Below are positions 51,005 to 62,074 of a stretch of 64,000 nt of DNA, one piece after another. Position 1 is the stretch's first letter, and every line of letters begins with the position of its first letter. The notes under the pieces are model-generated. The model was given only the letters and a program-made list of their open reading frames with translations. It had not been told where the DNA came from and searched no databases. Position numbers and translations under genes: made by a program. Source of the DNA: Candidatus Hermodarchaeota archaeon (GTDB taxonomy: Archaea; Asgardarchaeota; Lokiarchaeia; Sigyniarchaeales; SOKP01); contig JBHLLG010000009.1 of assembly GCA_048885925.1 (NCBI GenBank), forward strand, positions 1 through 64,000, given 5' to 3'.

Positions 51005-51748
51005 ATGTGCTCAAAATTCTTATATATTGGACATCGAGGTACTAGAACTGATTTTGACGAAAATACCATTCAAGCGTTCAAAAAAGCTATTGAATTTGGA
51101 GCAAATTATATTGAATTAGATGTAAGAAAGACTAAAGATAATAAATTGATTGTTTTACATGATCCAACTTTAGATAGAACTACAAATGGGTCTGGTGATC
51201 TCCATAATTTTTCTTTATCAGAACTTAGATTACTTAAAACAAAATTAAGAAAAAAAAAAATACCACTTTTATCAGAAGTCTTAGAAATTTTTCGATCAAA
51301 AGTAGGATTTATGATTGACTTAAAACAGAGAGATATAGAAGATGAAACTTTCAATTTTATTAATAGTATTGGATTATTGAACGAATGTATTTTTAGTGGG
51401 AGGAGTTTAGAAGAATTACAAAAACTAAAGTCAAACGATCCACAACTGAAAGTATGTTATAATATCACAAAAGGAGATCCATTGAGTAAAGATGATTTTT
51501 TAGAGTTAGGTAGGCAAAAAAAACTTTCTCTTGATATAGATCTGATATCTTTAAGATCAGATTTAATTACTTCTGAATTTATTAATATTTGCCATTTTAA
51601 TAATATATTAGTGTTATCTTGGGATTTTTTATCTTACAAAAATCCTTTGGAAAAAATTAAAAACCTAATAAATTGTCAAATTAATGGTATTCTTTTTGAT
51701 AATTATAAGAATATCCAATTAATTAAAAAACAGTATAAAAAGGCTTAA
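51005..51748 (+). CDS. Glycerophosphodiester phosphodiesterase
   Basis: GHRG, ENT, ELDV, HD..LDRTT. Confidence 0.95.
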   Translation: MCSKFLYIGHRGTRTDFDENTIQAFKKAIEFGANYIELDVRKTKDNKLIVLHDPTLDRTTNGSGDLHNFSLSELRLLKTKLRKKKIPLLSEVLEIFRSKVGFMIDLKQRDIEDETFNFINSIGLLNECIFSGRSLEELQKLKSNDPQLKVCYNITKGDPLSKDDFLELGRQKKLSLDIDLISLRSDLITSEFINICHFNNILVLSWDFLSYKNPLEKIKNLINCQINGILFDNYKNIQLIKKQYKKA

Positions 51749-53814
51749 AATGAACTTTTTATTTTAGAATTACCCGTTGGGAGACATAATATAACATCAT
51801 CAAGAGATATTAAATTCACCCATTTCTTTAATTCCTTTTCTGAATTATTAATAAAAAAAGATTTTATTTCTTTTGCTAATTTTCCCTTACTCATTCCTGT
51901 TTTTGAGGGAATTATAACAATATAATGATTAAATTTCCTATTAATTACATCTGTAGGACCATAGATTAACATTGGATACATTGATTCAATCATATTAGTT
52001 TGATTATCTTTTATCTCAACTAAATCCAATCCAACTGCAAGTTCTGTTTTTGCATTTTTAATAAAATTCTTTTTTCCAGAGATCATAAATGACCCTTTCG
52101 GAAGAAATTCACCTGGAGGTGGGCTTTTAGAAATTTGTCCGGGGTTTATATAATATACGTCTACATAACCCCAGTTCTCTTTCCAGGCTCTCGAAAAGCT
52201 TGCAACGAAATCAGCAGCCTCTTTTATAGTAGAATATGGAATTCTTTTATTCTCTGGATTTTTTATTATAGTCAAAGGTGATCCAGCGAATTCTGTATGA
52301 AGAACTAAATCATTAGATTCTAAGTATTTTTTAAAAAGATTTTCATTAGAACTAGCATCTCTTCCTCCGATCACTAAAAATCCTTCAGAAGAATGAAACC
52401 ATCTGAATTTTCCATACCATTTCTTTTTTGGTTTTTTAATTAGGATATCAACTTTTGTTGCTATTGTCTCCTTTTCAAGCTTCAATTTATCAATTTTTTC
52501 TTCAGTTTTGTTAATTGCGTTAATTGTTCCTTTTATTTTCTTTTCAGCTTTTTTTCCCTTTAAATATATGTAATTAGCATTTTCTCCAATACTTTTCCTT
52601 AAATCGATATAGACATCATCGTTGTCGATTTTTATTAAGAGTTGACTAGTTGAAGGAATAATTCTCTCGAAAAATTCAGTTCCATTCACATTTTCTACTT
52701 TTGCTAATTCTAATTTAGTGTTGATTTCTCCCCATTCATAACCTTTGTGTTTTGCTTCCAATATCACGGATTTTAGTTTTTCTAATGAATCTAATTTAGT
52801 AAATAATAAATCTCCAATTTTATAATATTTTTCTTTTTTACTCTTCAGCTCTTTAAGATATTCTTGCTGACTTTTTAATATTTTTTGAAGAGATTTTATT
52901 TGATTCTCAACTTTTTGATCTTTTGGATCCATTATAGCATCAGAATCAATTTTTGAGAAATATTCATCAACCGCGTTGTTAAAGGTACTAAACTTTTTTC
53001 TTTCATATCCTTTGAGAATTTCTAATTCAAAAGGAAGTACATAAATTGGATCTCCATATTGATTAAAAACGATATGTGCATTTATATCCCCAAATAGTAA
53101 TTTATTTCTTACCTTTTTGAATGATTCGTATAATTGTTCGTATTCTTTAATATTAAGCTCTTTTCCATGAAAATTTTTGTCAATTTTAGCTCTATAACAT
53201 ACCTCCTCACTGTATAAACCTGAAATGTGGACATTTCTTGATATATCCCTTACGATCTCAACATCAGAATCTTTAAATAAATCTATAAAATCCTCTTTCT
53301 TTATTGTTAAGAAATCTATTTTCTGGGATTTTGGAAAATGATATTCTTTTTTAGGAAGAATATCTCTATCTCTAAATTTTTTATATTTTTTAGCAAGAAG
53401 TATAAAGTTATTATCATCAAGAATTAAATAATTTCCTTTATTAAATAATTCAATTACAAATTTCCATGGCTTATTATCTATATTACTTAATTCAATTATA
53501 ATAATTCTATCAAAATTGTGCTGGGAAATTTTTAATATTCTTCGATTTTTTAGAAATTTTCTTAGAGAAATAATGTATTGGCTAGGATATTTTGGAATTG
53601 GATACTCATATTCCGTTAAATTGATCCGAGAATCTTTTTGAATAATTAATTTTTTCTTACCAAAATCGGTATGTATTTTTAAAATGAGCAAACTTCCCAC
53701 TTTGTAAACATTTAAAATTGAACCATCTCGCAAGATTGAATCTAATTCTTTAACAATTACGAAAACATCAAAATTCGAGAATTCACTTGCTGCTTTTATC
53801 ATCTTAACATCCAA
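51745..53814 (-). CDS. rqcH: Ribosome quality control factor RqcH/NEMF
   Basis: LRKFL, FDRII, ELF..GN, WY.KFRWF.SSEG.LVIGGRDA..NE, GEFLPKGSFMI.GK. Confidence 0.93.
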   Translation of the reverse strand: MDVKMIKAASEFSNFDVFVIVKELDSILRDGSILNVYKVGSLLILKIHTDFGKKKLIIQKDSRINLTEYEYPIPKYPSQYIISLRKFLKNRRILKISQHNFDRIIIIELSNIDNKPWKFVIELFNKGNYLILDDNNFILLAKKYKKFRDRDILPKKEYHFPKSQKIDFLTIKKEDFIDLFKDSDVEIVRDISRNVHISGLYSEEVCYRAKIDKNFHGKELNIKEYEQLYESFKKVRNKLLFGDINAHIVFNQYGDPIYVLPFELEILKGYERKKFSTFNNAVDEYFSKIDSDAIMDPKDQKVENQIKSLQKILKSQQEYLKELKSKKEKYYKIGDLLFTKLDSLEKLKSVILEAKHKGYEWGEINTKLELAKVENVNGTEFFERIIPSTSQLLIKIDNDDVYIDLRKSIGENANYIYLKGKKAEKKIKGTINAINKTEEKIDKLKLEKETIATKVDILIKKPKKKWYGKFRWFHSSEGFLVIGGRDASSNENLFKKYLESNDLVLHTEFAGSPLTIIKNPENKRIPYSTIKEAADFVASFSRAWKENWGYVDVYYINPGQISKSPPPGEFLPKGSFMISGKKNFIKNAKTELAVGLDLVEIKDNQTNMIESMYPMLIYGPTDVINRKFNHYIVIIPSKTGMSKGKLAKEIKSFFINNSEKELKKWVNLISLDDVILCLPTGNSKIKSSF

Positions 53815-53873
53815 AATTAATGGTTTAATATATATAATGGTTTTTATAATAATTAATATTTATAATAATAATT

Positions 53874-54314
53874 ATGGGAAAACGCAAGAAAATAGATATT
53901 AGAAAAAGGAGACAAAAATTATTAAAAGAAAAAAAGAAAGAATTAAAACAAAAATCAATTCAAATTGAAAAGAAACCGACTAAAGCAATAGATATTCGCT
54001 TAGAGAAGGAGACAAAATTATATTGGATTCGCGCTCTTACTGGAATTTTGAGTGCGATTATCGGAAGACTTTTGTTTGGATTTATAGGGTGGTTTTTATT
54101 TCCATGGATGCTAGGATGGTGGTTTTTATTTCCTTTTTTTGTGAGTTTTATTATATTAAAGTATGAGTATGATAAAGAAGAGTGGACCTGGAAAAATATT
54201 ATTTTACCGGGAATAGGTATTTTTTTCTTTTTATTTATGATTTCTGGAATTTTAATTCATACTTTTCTATATTTTCTTCCCAATTTTTCGTCAGTTTTAG
54301 AACTCTTCTTATAA
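53874..54314 (+). CDS. EMC6/Rab5ip-like three-TM protein
   Basis: LYWIRALTGILSAIIG, third TM GIGIFFFLFMISGILIHTF. Confidence 0.6.
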   Translation: MGKRKKIDIRKRRQKLLKEKKKELKQKSIQIEKKPTKAIDIRLEKETKLYWIRALTGILSAIIGRLLFGFIGWFLFPWMLGWWFLFPFFVSFIILKYEYDKEEWTWKNIILPGIGIFFFLFMISGILIHTFLYFLPNFSSVLELFL

Positions 54315-54333
54315 ATTTAAATTATTTTATGAT

Positions 54334-54846
54334 TTATAATTTAATTCGCTGTTTTACTTTTTTTTCTTTTTTTTCTTTAGAAGTAAACACTATTTCTTCT
54401 AATTTATATATACGTTCACAATAAACACATTGTATCTTTAGAGGTTTTTCTTCTAAAACTAAAAATTCCGTGTCAATAGGTTCTTTTTCTGAATTTGTAA
54501 TACAAGTTTGATTAACACATAAAATTAATTTTTTAATTATTTTTGGAATTTTTACCTTTTTTTTCTCTATAACTTTAAAATTTTCAATTAAAGAAATTGT
54601 AGCATTGGGAGAAAGAATAGATATCTGTTGCATTTGAGTCTTATTTAAAAAAACATTCTCAATTTTAATTATATCTTTTGTTTGATATTTTTTTGATGAA
54701 ACATTAACACCTATAGTCATCAGGTTTTTAGATTCATCAAGACCAGTGAGATTTAATATTGTTAAAGCATATCCTGCATCAATGTGATCGATTACTGTTC
54801 CTTTAGAAATTTTATCAATTTTTAATTTTTCTTCTGACATTTTCAT
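54334..54846 (-). CDS. pyrI: Aspartate carbamoyltransferase regulatory chain
   Basis: GTVIDHIDAG, KDIIKIE, C..C..CVYC zinc site. Confidence 0.95.
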   Translation of the reverse strand: MKMSEEKLKIDKISKGTVIDHIDAGYALTILNLTGLDESKNLMTIGVNVSSKKYQTKDIIKIENVFLNKTQMQQISILSPNATISLIENFKVIEKKKVKIPKIIKKLILCVNQTCITNSEKEPIDTEFLVLEEKPLKIQCVYCERIYKLEEIVFTSKEKKEKKVKQRIKL

Positions 54847-54907
54847 AAAAAAAATTACCTTAATTGAAAAAATTTATGCTAGTGACAAAATAATAAAAAG
54901 GATTTAT

Positions 54908-55978
54908 CTATAAAAGAGAAAATGAAATAAAAAATAATATTGTGCATGAACAGAAATTATAAGATAGATTATCGTCTATTTCTAAACTTATATAATCCAA
55001 TAAACCAATAATTAGAGCACCTATAAGAGGAATAAGAAATAGACCTAATAATGTGAATTCATAATAAGCTCGTAAAAAATATAATACTATTACGCCTGAT
55101 ATAAAGGCACTAATAAGACCTGCAAAAAGACCCTCATAAGTTTTTTCTGTTTTTCTAATTTTTCTACTCCCTATTGTTCTTCCAACTAAATTAGAGAAAA
55201 TATCGCCAAAAATAGATATTGCCATTGAAGTACAAATTATCACAGGTCCGATTGGTTGGAATAAACCATACAATAAAATTATTGAAAAACACCCAATACT
55301 CATAGATATGTGAGGACCTAATCGTAAATGCAATTCCTTTTTACGTAATAATTGATTAACAGGTTTCAAAGGATATAACTCTGGGCTTATTATCCTTACA
55401 ACGTCGGCGGTTAATAATCCAATAAAAGATATCCCCACCAAAAATAAAACCAAATTCTGAGTAAAAATCATCATATTTCCTTGAATATAAAATAAATTTG
55501 AAATGAAATCAGGAACAAATTCAAAGATATATATAAAAAAATTCTGTATCAGAAATCCAAGTGTAAAATAAAAGAATATTATACCTAATACAATTAAATG
55601 AGTGATTTTTCTATATAGATCATATTTAAGTGGGATTTCAAATAAGGATTCATTATTAATTTTGAACTCTTTCTTCTTAATTTTTATGTTTCTTTTTTTT
55701 TCACGATAAATAAAAATAGAGAATAAAGGAACATATATACAAATAAAGATAATCATTAATATATTGAAGGGAAAAACTATGAACTCTTTAAGGGGAAGTT
55801 TTAAAATTTCAATTGAGATGAGATTTATTGTAATTGAGAAAATTAAAACTAACCCATTTGTTAAATTGTTTATAAACGCACTTTTTTCTCTATTTTTTTT
55901 TGCTAAATAGGTAATGTATAAAATAATTAATCCAGAAATATAAAGGATGCTTAATATAATAATTGAAAAGATATTCAA
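54908..55978 (-). CDS. CTP-dependent polyprenol/diacylglycerol kinase family membrane protein
   Basis: RKITHL, GDIFSNLVG, KTYEG, IDDN. Confidence 0.88.
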   Translation of the reverse strand: MNIFSIIILSILYISGLIILYITYLAKKNREKSAFINNLTNGLVLIFSITINLISIEILKLPLKEFIVFPFNILMIIFICIYVPLFSIFIYREKKRNIKIKKKEFKINNESLFEIPLKYDLYRKITHLIVLGIIFFYFTLGFLIQNFFIYIFEFVPDFISNLFYIQGNMMIFTQNLVLFLVGISFIGLLTADVVRIISPELYPLKPVNQLLRKKELHLRLGPHISMSIGCFSIILLYGLFQPIGPVIICTSMAISIFGDIFSNLVGRTIGSRKIRKTEKTYEGLFAGLISAFISGVIVLYFLRAYYEFTLLGLFLIPLIGALIIGLLDYISLEIDDNLSYNFCSCTILFFISFSLL

Positions 55979-56193
55979 TAACTAACAAACTCGTCAAATT
56001 TTAATATTTAAAAGTTTCTTTTATTTTAAGATTTTCTTGAACATAAAAAGAAGTATCTAATAATTTTCTTTTATGTATATTCTGAATTAAATTAACTTTT
56101 AAAATAATTTAATTTGTTCTTAGAGAAATATTTGAACTAAAATCATCAAAAAAGCTTATGATATGAATCAGAAATAATAAAAAAATGTAAAAT

Positions 56194-56598
56194 TTATCGG
56201 CCTTCAAAAATTTTATAAAGATTTTTTGCTGCAATCCGCATAACTTTTACAGTCTTCATTAAGGTATCAATCATTGTTCCCGCACAAACAATAACCAAAC
56301 GTCCTGCATTGGTAATAACTATATAACCATTTTCGGCTCGTACAATAATCTCACTTAAATCTTCCTGAAATAAAGTTTGAATTGTTGATCTCCCTGTCAT
56401 TAATAACGCACTAGCAAGACCGCAAAATTGGTCTCCATCGACATGATATTGTGGTAATGCTGAAAAAGCAATTTGATACCCTTCAAAACTTACAAGTGCT
56501 ATTGCTTCTATATCTGCGTTAGAGGTTATAAATGTAATTTGGGGGCTTATTTTTTCAATATCATCTTGGTTGATCCCTAAATCAGACCCAAATTGAAT
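56194..56598 (-). CDS. Roadblock/LC7 protein, 134 aa, probable ATT start
   Basis: Frame open 66 codons upstream of the called ATG, encoding DIEAIALVSFEGYQIAFSAL..FCGLASALL; AGGTG SD 7 nt before ATT. Confidence 0.85.
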   Translation of the reverse strand: MQFGSDLGINQDDIEKISPQITFITSNADIEAIALVSFEGYQIAFSALPQYHVDGDQFCGLASALLMTGRSTIQTLFQEDLSEIIVRAENGYIVITNAGRLVIVCAGTMIDTLMKTVKVMRIAAKNLYKIFEGR

Positions 56599-56985
56599 AA
56601 ACTTGCACCTTTACTGTTTTTAGATTTTATAAAGATTATTATAAATATAATAATTTTTTTCTTATTATATTTTTATTTTTAAACTTGAAATTTCCTAGAA
56701 AAGTAATATATAATTAATTGTTAATGCTTTTAAATCTATTTTAAATTTAAATATAGTTGTAAATCTCCTTATTGATGTGATGTATGCTTAAAATTTACCA
56801 CAAACTGAATCAGATATGTTTTTATTCCTTTTTCTTATTATTGTATTCCTACTGTAATATTTTTATAGAAAAGCTTTAAAAACAATTCAAAAGTAAATTT
56901 TAATACTTTATAAACTTAAAAATATTTAAAACAACCTTTTTATTTTTAAAGATGGTATTAAATATTTTGAACCTATAATTAGATT

Positions 56986-59292
56986 ATGATAACTACACGT
57001 GAATCTTTGGGTTACCAATTTTCATTGATATTTGGATATTCATCTCCTAATGATGTTATTGTTGGAGATGTAATTGGACCAGGAAGGTTAACAAAAAAAA
57101 AAGTTAATGACCTCGCAGAAGAAGTAATTCAATTTTTAACTATGTATAATGCAATTTTAAGGGATTATACAGGTGCAGAATTGTTTAGTATTGAGTTTAA
57201 TTTATACAATATTGATGAAAAAAGAGCTAGAATTAATATATACCCTCAATCTATGATTTTTATTCCAGGTGTATTTAAAGATTGCGAAAGTTTATTACTT
57301 GCTTTAAAACCTGAAACAGGAGTATTAGATATTCACAAATCTCGGGAATCTCTTAATAATATAAGTAAACTATTTTTTGAGGTTGAAGAATTTACTAATC
57401 GTCCGGAATTAAATAATGATAATAAACGTTTAGTATATAATAAATTTGCTTCTAGATTTAGTAAAAGGCTCTATGGTGAATTAATCGAAGATAAGTGGAA
57501 TAAAAAGTTAATTGGTATAACTAAAACACTTCCCACAGAAAAGGAGATGTTGAATACATATATAAAAGCAATCTCTAATGTGAAAATTCTTTGGTATAAA
57601 AAACCTATGGAGATTAACTTTAATAGTACTAAGTTTCAAATGATTAAGCCACCATTTAGTGGGCAACAAGGTATTGAACATATCAAATTTTCAATTTCTG
57701 AACCAAGTATTAATTTTATTGTTGATAAAACTCTAAAATTAGGTACTAATCTCATCAATTTAGCAAATACAGGTACTTTAGATGAATCCCAGGATGAATT
57801 AATTGTTTTTATAATTAATTATATTAGGGAAAGGTTAAAGGAACATAGTGAACCATGTACAGCAGAATGGCTAGTATCCAAAATAAAGAAATTACTAATT
57901 GATTTCCATGGATATATCAATAAATTTCTAGAATACTCTAAAGATTTTCTAAGTACTGGAGAAATGGGAGATCTAAATGAATTATTAAGAAAATATCGTC
58001 ATTTTATCTTAAATAAAGGAGAATTAGAAAATATAAATTTTGAAGATATTTATATAATCATAAAAAAGTTTATTGAACAGACAATTTCTCAAACAGAAAG
58101 ATTAAGAGTAATAGAATTAAACTCTATCTTTAATTATTTTTCAGAAATTGTCAATAAAAGTCTTAATTTAATTGAAAGTATATTACCAAAATATCTTTCT
58201 TATCGACGATTAAAAGTGCTTACTATAATTTTAATGAAAAAATTATCTGAAAAATTTGATCAAGAACAAAAACCAGCAAGAATCTTAGGACAAAAATTAT
58301 TAGAAGAATTTAAAATCTTTCTTTTCAATCAAATTGAAACACATCCCTTCCTTTTAGAGAAGAATGTTAAGTTTAATGAGAAAGAGATCTTAAATGAGTT
58401 TTCTTCTTTAATTAACAACAACATTGACACATTCTTTAATGAAATTCAATTAGGAATAGACAATTTAATATCTTTCGCTGAGATTCAGATGGAATCAAAT
58501 ATACAAAAAATAAGTGATCATATTCGAAAATTTAAGAAGTTTTCGAGGGAGTTGAATTATTTATTAAGTTATATTTTAAGACATTCAACAATAAATCGTT
58601 ATATTAAAGAGGAACCTGATAAGGAAATCAGTGACCCCGTAACATTTTCTAATAGGTTTCATAGATTTTTAGAAAAGAGAATTGGTGGTATAAATCTTGA
58701 ATGGAAGTTTTATATATTAGATTGGATAAAAGACTATTCTAAACAATATCTTAGACCAGAAAAACAAAGAACTTGGACATTATCAGAGATATATAATGAC
58801 TTCATTAGTTATTTTGAAGTGAGAGAATTTGAGGAAAAAAAAATAAACAATTTTTTAACATTTCTTGATACTTATATAGCAAAGATACCTGATCTTGAAG
58901 AAAAAAGTCTATTAATTGAATTTTATAGGAATTATGAACATAGTATTGATATTAATATAGAATTTCCAAAATACGTGAAAAATAGTATTAAAAACGAGTT
59001 AAAAAATCAAAATTTCCAACAAGAGAATATAGTACCACTCAAATATTTTAATTTAGATGAGATTGAGACTTTTTATGATTATATTAAAAATACAGAATTG
59101 AAATATTTTTCAAAACTAGTCCCTAGACCCCTAACAGTAACTCTAAAACATAATCTAACTAATGAAGAAAAAGAATTATTTAAAGGTGATCTATTTCACG
59201 TAATAGATTTTAAATTTTGGCATAATAATGCTAGATTTGAATTATCAGATAATTTTAAGGAAGTATATAGAGAATGGGTGACTGAATTATGA
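56986..59292 (+). CDS. Large hypothetical protein
   Basis: 768-aa ORF, alpha/beta N-terminus then helical. Confidence 0.85.
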   Translation: MITTRESLGYQFSLIFGYSSPNDVIVGDVIGPGRLTKKKVNDLAEEVIQFLTMYNAILRDYTGAELFSIEFNLYNIDEKRARINIYPQSMIFIPGVFKDCESLLLALKPETGVLDIHKSRESLNNISKLFFEVEEFTNRPELNNDNKRLVYNKFASRFSKRLYGELIEDKWNKKLIGITKTLPTEKEMLNTYIKAISNVKILWYKKPMEINFNSTKFQMIKPPFSGQQGIEHIKFSISEPSINFIVDKTLKLGTNLINLANTGTLDESQDELIVFIINYIRERLKEHSEPCTAEWLVSKIKKLLIDFHGYINKFLEYSKDFLSTGEMGDLNELLRKYRHFILNKGELENINFEDIYIIIKKFIEQTISQTERLRVIELNSIFNYFSEIVNKSLNLIESILPKYLSYRRLKVLTIILMKKLSEKFDQEQKPARILGQKLLEEFKIFLFNQIETHPFLLEKNVKFNEKEILNEFSSLINNNIDTFFNEIQLGIDNLISFAEIQMESNIQKISDHIRKFKKFSRELNYLLSYILRHSTINRYIKEEPDKEISDPVTFSNRFHRFLEKRIGGINLEWKFYILDWIKDYSKQYLRPEKQRTWTLSEIYNDFISYFEVREFEEKKINNFLTFLDTYIAKIPDLEEKSLLIEFYRNYEHSIDINIEFPKYVKNSIKNELKNQNFQQENIVPLKYFNLDEIETFYDYIKNTELKYFSKLVPRPLTVTLKHNLTNEEKELFKGDLFHVIDFKFWHNNARFELSDNFKEVYREWVTEL

Positions 59293-61688
59293 TAAGTGGG
59301 GTTAAAAGAAAAACAACTGCTGTCGAAAGCACATTTAGATTTTTTCAAACTGTTGACTTAATAATTTCACATTTTAAAAGGGAAGCTGATAAAAAAAAGA
59401 TTTTTGAACTCATTAATCAAAAAACAAGCTTTCATAATTTACTTATAGCTACTGCCACTATTCATATTTACCACAATCTAGGAATTCGAGTTCAAAAACT
59501 CGCAGAAATGGATAAATTCACATTCGATTCAACTAAAAATTTAGAGATTGCAGAGAAAAGAATTATTATTAAAGAAGTTGAATCCTTATTAGATGGCTCC
59601 TTGTCTCTAGAAGTAAAACTTCTTAACAAGATAATTGATTTAGAAAATATGTTTATATCTTTTTTAATTGAAGAAAGAAAGGAAGAACTTCAAGAGATTC
59701 AAAAGGAGAAAATGGTTAAGGATATGGAAGTTCAAATCGAAAAAGAATTACAGGAAATTATAATGAATTATCCTTCTTTCTACTTTTATGATTTTATAGG
59801 AGATTTAATAGGCTTGAGTAATGAATTAAAAAAAGAAATCTTAGAAGAAACTGCTGCTTTTAAAGATATCTCTGTTGAACTAGAGAAAAAATTAGATTCA
59901 GAAGAAAAAGAGGATAAATTCATAGAATTAGCCACATTAAATCGATTAATTAATAAAACACAAACCGATTTTGAGTTTAAATCATATAAAGAGTTACAAA
60001 TTGAAGCGATGCCAGTAAGAATGATAAAAAGAAGAATATTAGATTTTAATTTAGACCAATTTCCTATTTCAATACCGGGTTTGAAAGTCTTTATGGAAGC
60101 TAATAATCTAAAAAAGCAGTTACTGAAAAAAATAGATAATGCACTTCAAGAAGAAATAGAATATGATGAATTCGAGAAAAAAATACTTAATTATTTAAAA
60201 GAAGAATTAATTGAAAAACTAAAAAAGAATCCAAATGATTTTATCTACTTTTTACAATGTATAAATGAATCAGATTTTGAAGATATAATCTATATATTAC
60301 AAAAGTATGGAGTTTATAATATTTTACATTTCTTAAATATGGATGAAGATCTGGTAGAAAAGGTAAAAAAGAATATGATTAGATATAACATAAAAAAACT
60401 GGATCTTGTATCTTTAAATGATTATAAACAGAATTTAATATACTCAGCCAAAAAAGCTGTTTCTCAATTAAATTTCCAAATTATCCAAGAAAATATTGAT
60501 ACCTCTACTATGAATTTGGAATATGGAATAATCAATCTTATCAATCAAGATGCTAAAATATCCCCTGCTATTTTAAGAATCATAGAAGAAAAGACAGGTA
60601 AGAATATTGATTATTTAAAAGAATATATTAGAAAAAAACAAGCAATTGACAATATCTTTCTAAAAGAATTAAAGCTTGAAAATTACTCTCACTTATTATT
60701 TATATTAGAATTTGATGATATTCTTAATGACCTAGTAAAGGATATTTTTTTTTATACCCTATCCAAGATTTTAAGGCAACTTAGTAGGATAATCGAGTTA
60801 TATCTTAAAGTGTCTAATGATAGATCTTTATTTCTATTAGCCTTAAAAAAAATGGGTGGAACTACCGAGTCTGAAGAATGGATTAAAATCAAACTCGAAG
60901 AACTTATGATTAAACGCTTAAATCAGAGACAAGAAGAATTAGTTATAGTATTTAATGCATATAATCAGCCATTTTTAGTTAATGGATTTATTTTAGCTCG
61001 ATTGATGGAAATCTCTTTAAATGAAGCTAATTTTGAATTGAAAAACAATGTTAGTCCGATATATGATGATATAGCTGAAATAAGGCTTAAATCTGATTTA
61101 ATTTCTCCAATATCGTATTGTATAGGATACGATATAATTAAACGATTTGAAAAATTTGAAGAAAAGCATAAGTTAGAAGTTGAATCTATAATTGAATCGA
61201 AAGAGAAAGAAAAGGAGGAAAAAGCTAAAAGAATTCGTGAAGAACAGGAGTTAAGTACTTTAAATTGGATTGAACGCAGAATTACGAGTTCTATGATGAG
61301 AATTAATAGCCCCGGTATTAATCCAAATCAATTATACTGGCAAGAAAAAGATACTAAAATAGCTACTGATAATATTAAATTACATAGCGAATTAAGAGGA
61401 GAACCAATTGATTTAATCAGCCAATTTTTTAATTTTGCAGTAGAAAAAATTGGAAATTTCAATTTAGATGTAAAGTTACCTGATTCCGAAAGTATTAAGA
61501 AAATGGTAAATGACATTACAGAAAACACGTTAATGAAAAGATTTAAAGTAAAACCAACTGATGATCAAAAAAGAAATTTACTCGATGGGGAGAGATATGA
61601 AATTGGGAACCAAATTGCGGTAAAAATTGGACGTTTATTAGATAAAGCTCTCTATGCAAAATTTAAAAGTAAACAGAATTCTATTTAG
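59289..61688 (+). CDS. Large helical/coiled-coil hypothetical protein
   Basis: 799-aa ORF with ATGA overlap to the previous gene. Confidence 0.85.
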   Translation: MISGVKRKTTAVESTFRFFQTVDLIISHFKREADKKKIFELINQKTSFHNLLIATATIHIYHNLGIRVQKLAEMDKFTFDSTKNLEIAEKRIIIKEVESLLDGSLSLEVKLLNKIIDLENMFISFLIEERKEELQEIQKEKMVKDMEVQIEKELQEIIMNYPSFYFYDFIGDLIGLSNELKKEILEETAAFKDISVELEKKLDSEEKEDKFIELATLNRLINKTQTDFEFKSYKELQIEAMPVRMIKRRILDFNLDQFPISIPGLKVFMEANNLKKQLLKKIDNALQEEIEYDEFEKKILNYLKEELIEKLKKNPNDFIYFLQCINESDFEDIIYILQKYGVYNILHFLNMDEDLVEKVKKNMIRYNIKKLDLVSLNDYKQNLIYSAKKAVSQLNFQIIQENIDTSTMNLEYGIINLINQDAKISPAILRIIEEKTGKNIDYLKEYIRKKQAIDNIFLKELKLENYSHLLFILEFDDILNDLVKDIFFYTLSKILRQLSRIIELYLKVSNDRSLFLLALKKMGGTTESEEWIKIKLEELMIKRLNQRQEELVIVFNAYNQPFLVNGFILARLMEISLNEANFELKNNVSPIYDDIAEIRLKSDLISPISYCIGYDIIKRFEKFEEKHKLEVESIIESKEKEKEEKAKRIREEQELSTLNWIERRITSSMMRINSPGINPNQLYWQEKDTKIATDNIKLHSELRGEPIDLISQFFNFAVEKIGNFNLDVKLPDSESIKKMVNDITENTLMKRFKVKPTDDQKRNLLDGERYEIGNQIAVKIGRLLDKALYAKFKSKQNSI

Positions 61689-61796
61689 CAAAATCCCATT
61701 ATAAACATATCAATTTTAAAATTTCTTTGGGAAAAAAAGATATTAAAATACCCTTTCGTTAATTTAATAATAGAATAAATTGAAGAGGATCAACTC

Positions 61797-62072
61797 ATGG
61801 TATCTATATTTTCATGGATTAAAAAAGAACTAGTATATTTAAAAGATTCTTTTTTTGAAGTTATTAAGGGAATTATTTTTGTAATTTTAGTATCTATTGG
61901 TTTGGGGTGTGCATTATTTTTAAGATATTTGGGTTTTAATGGAACAATTATTTCATTTTTCGGTATTCTTACAGAGTTTGTTTCTTTATTTTTATGTTAT
62001 TTTTTATTTCGGGGATATTTAAAATCAGAGGAGAAATCTGAACTTTCTAAATCGAAAGGAGAGAAAATATAA
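61797..62072 (+). CDS. Small membrane protein
   Basis: Two TM segments; GAGG SD upstream. Confidence 0.65.
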   Translation: MVSIFSWIKKELVYLKDSFFEVIKGIIFVILVSIGLGCALFLRYLGFNGTIISFFGILTEFVSLFLCYFLFRGYLKSEEKSELSKSKGEKI

Positions 62073-62074
62073 TT

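Noticed and set aside
54334-54846. Orphan pyrI as a novelty
   Set aside because: Separation of pyrI from pyrB is unremarkable in archaea.
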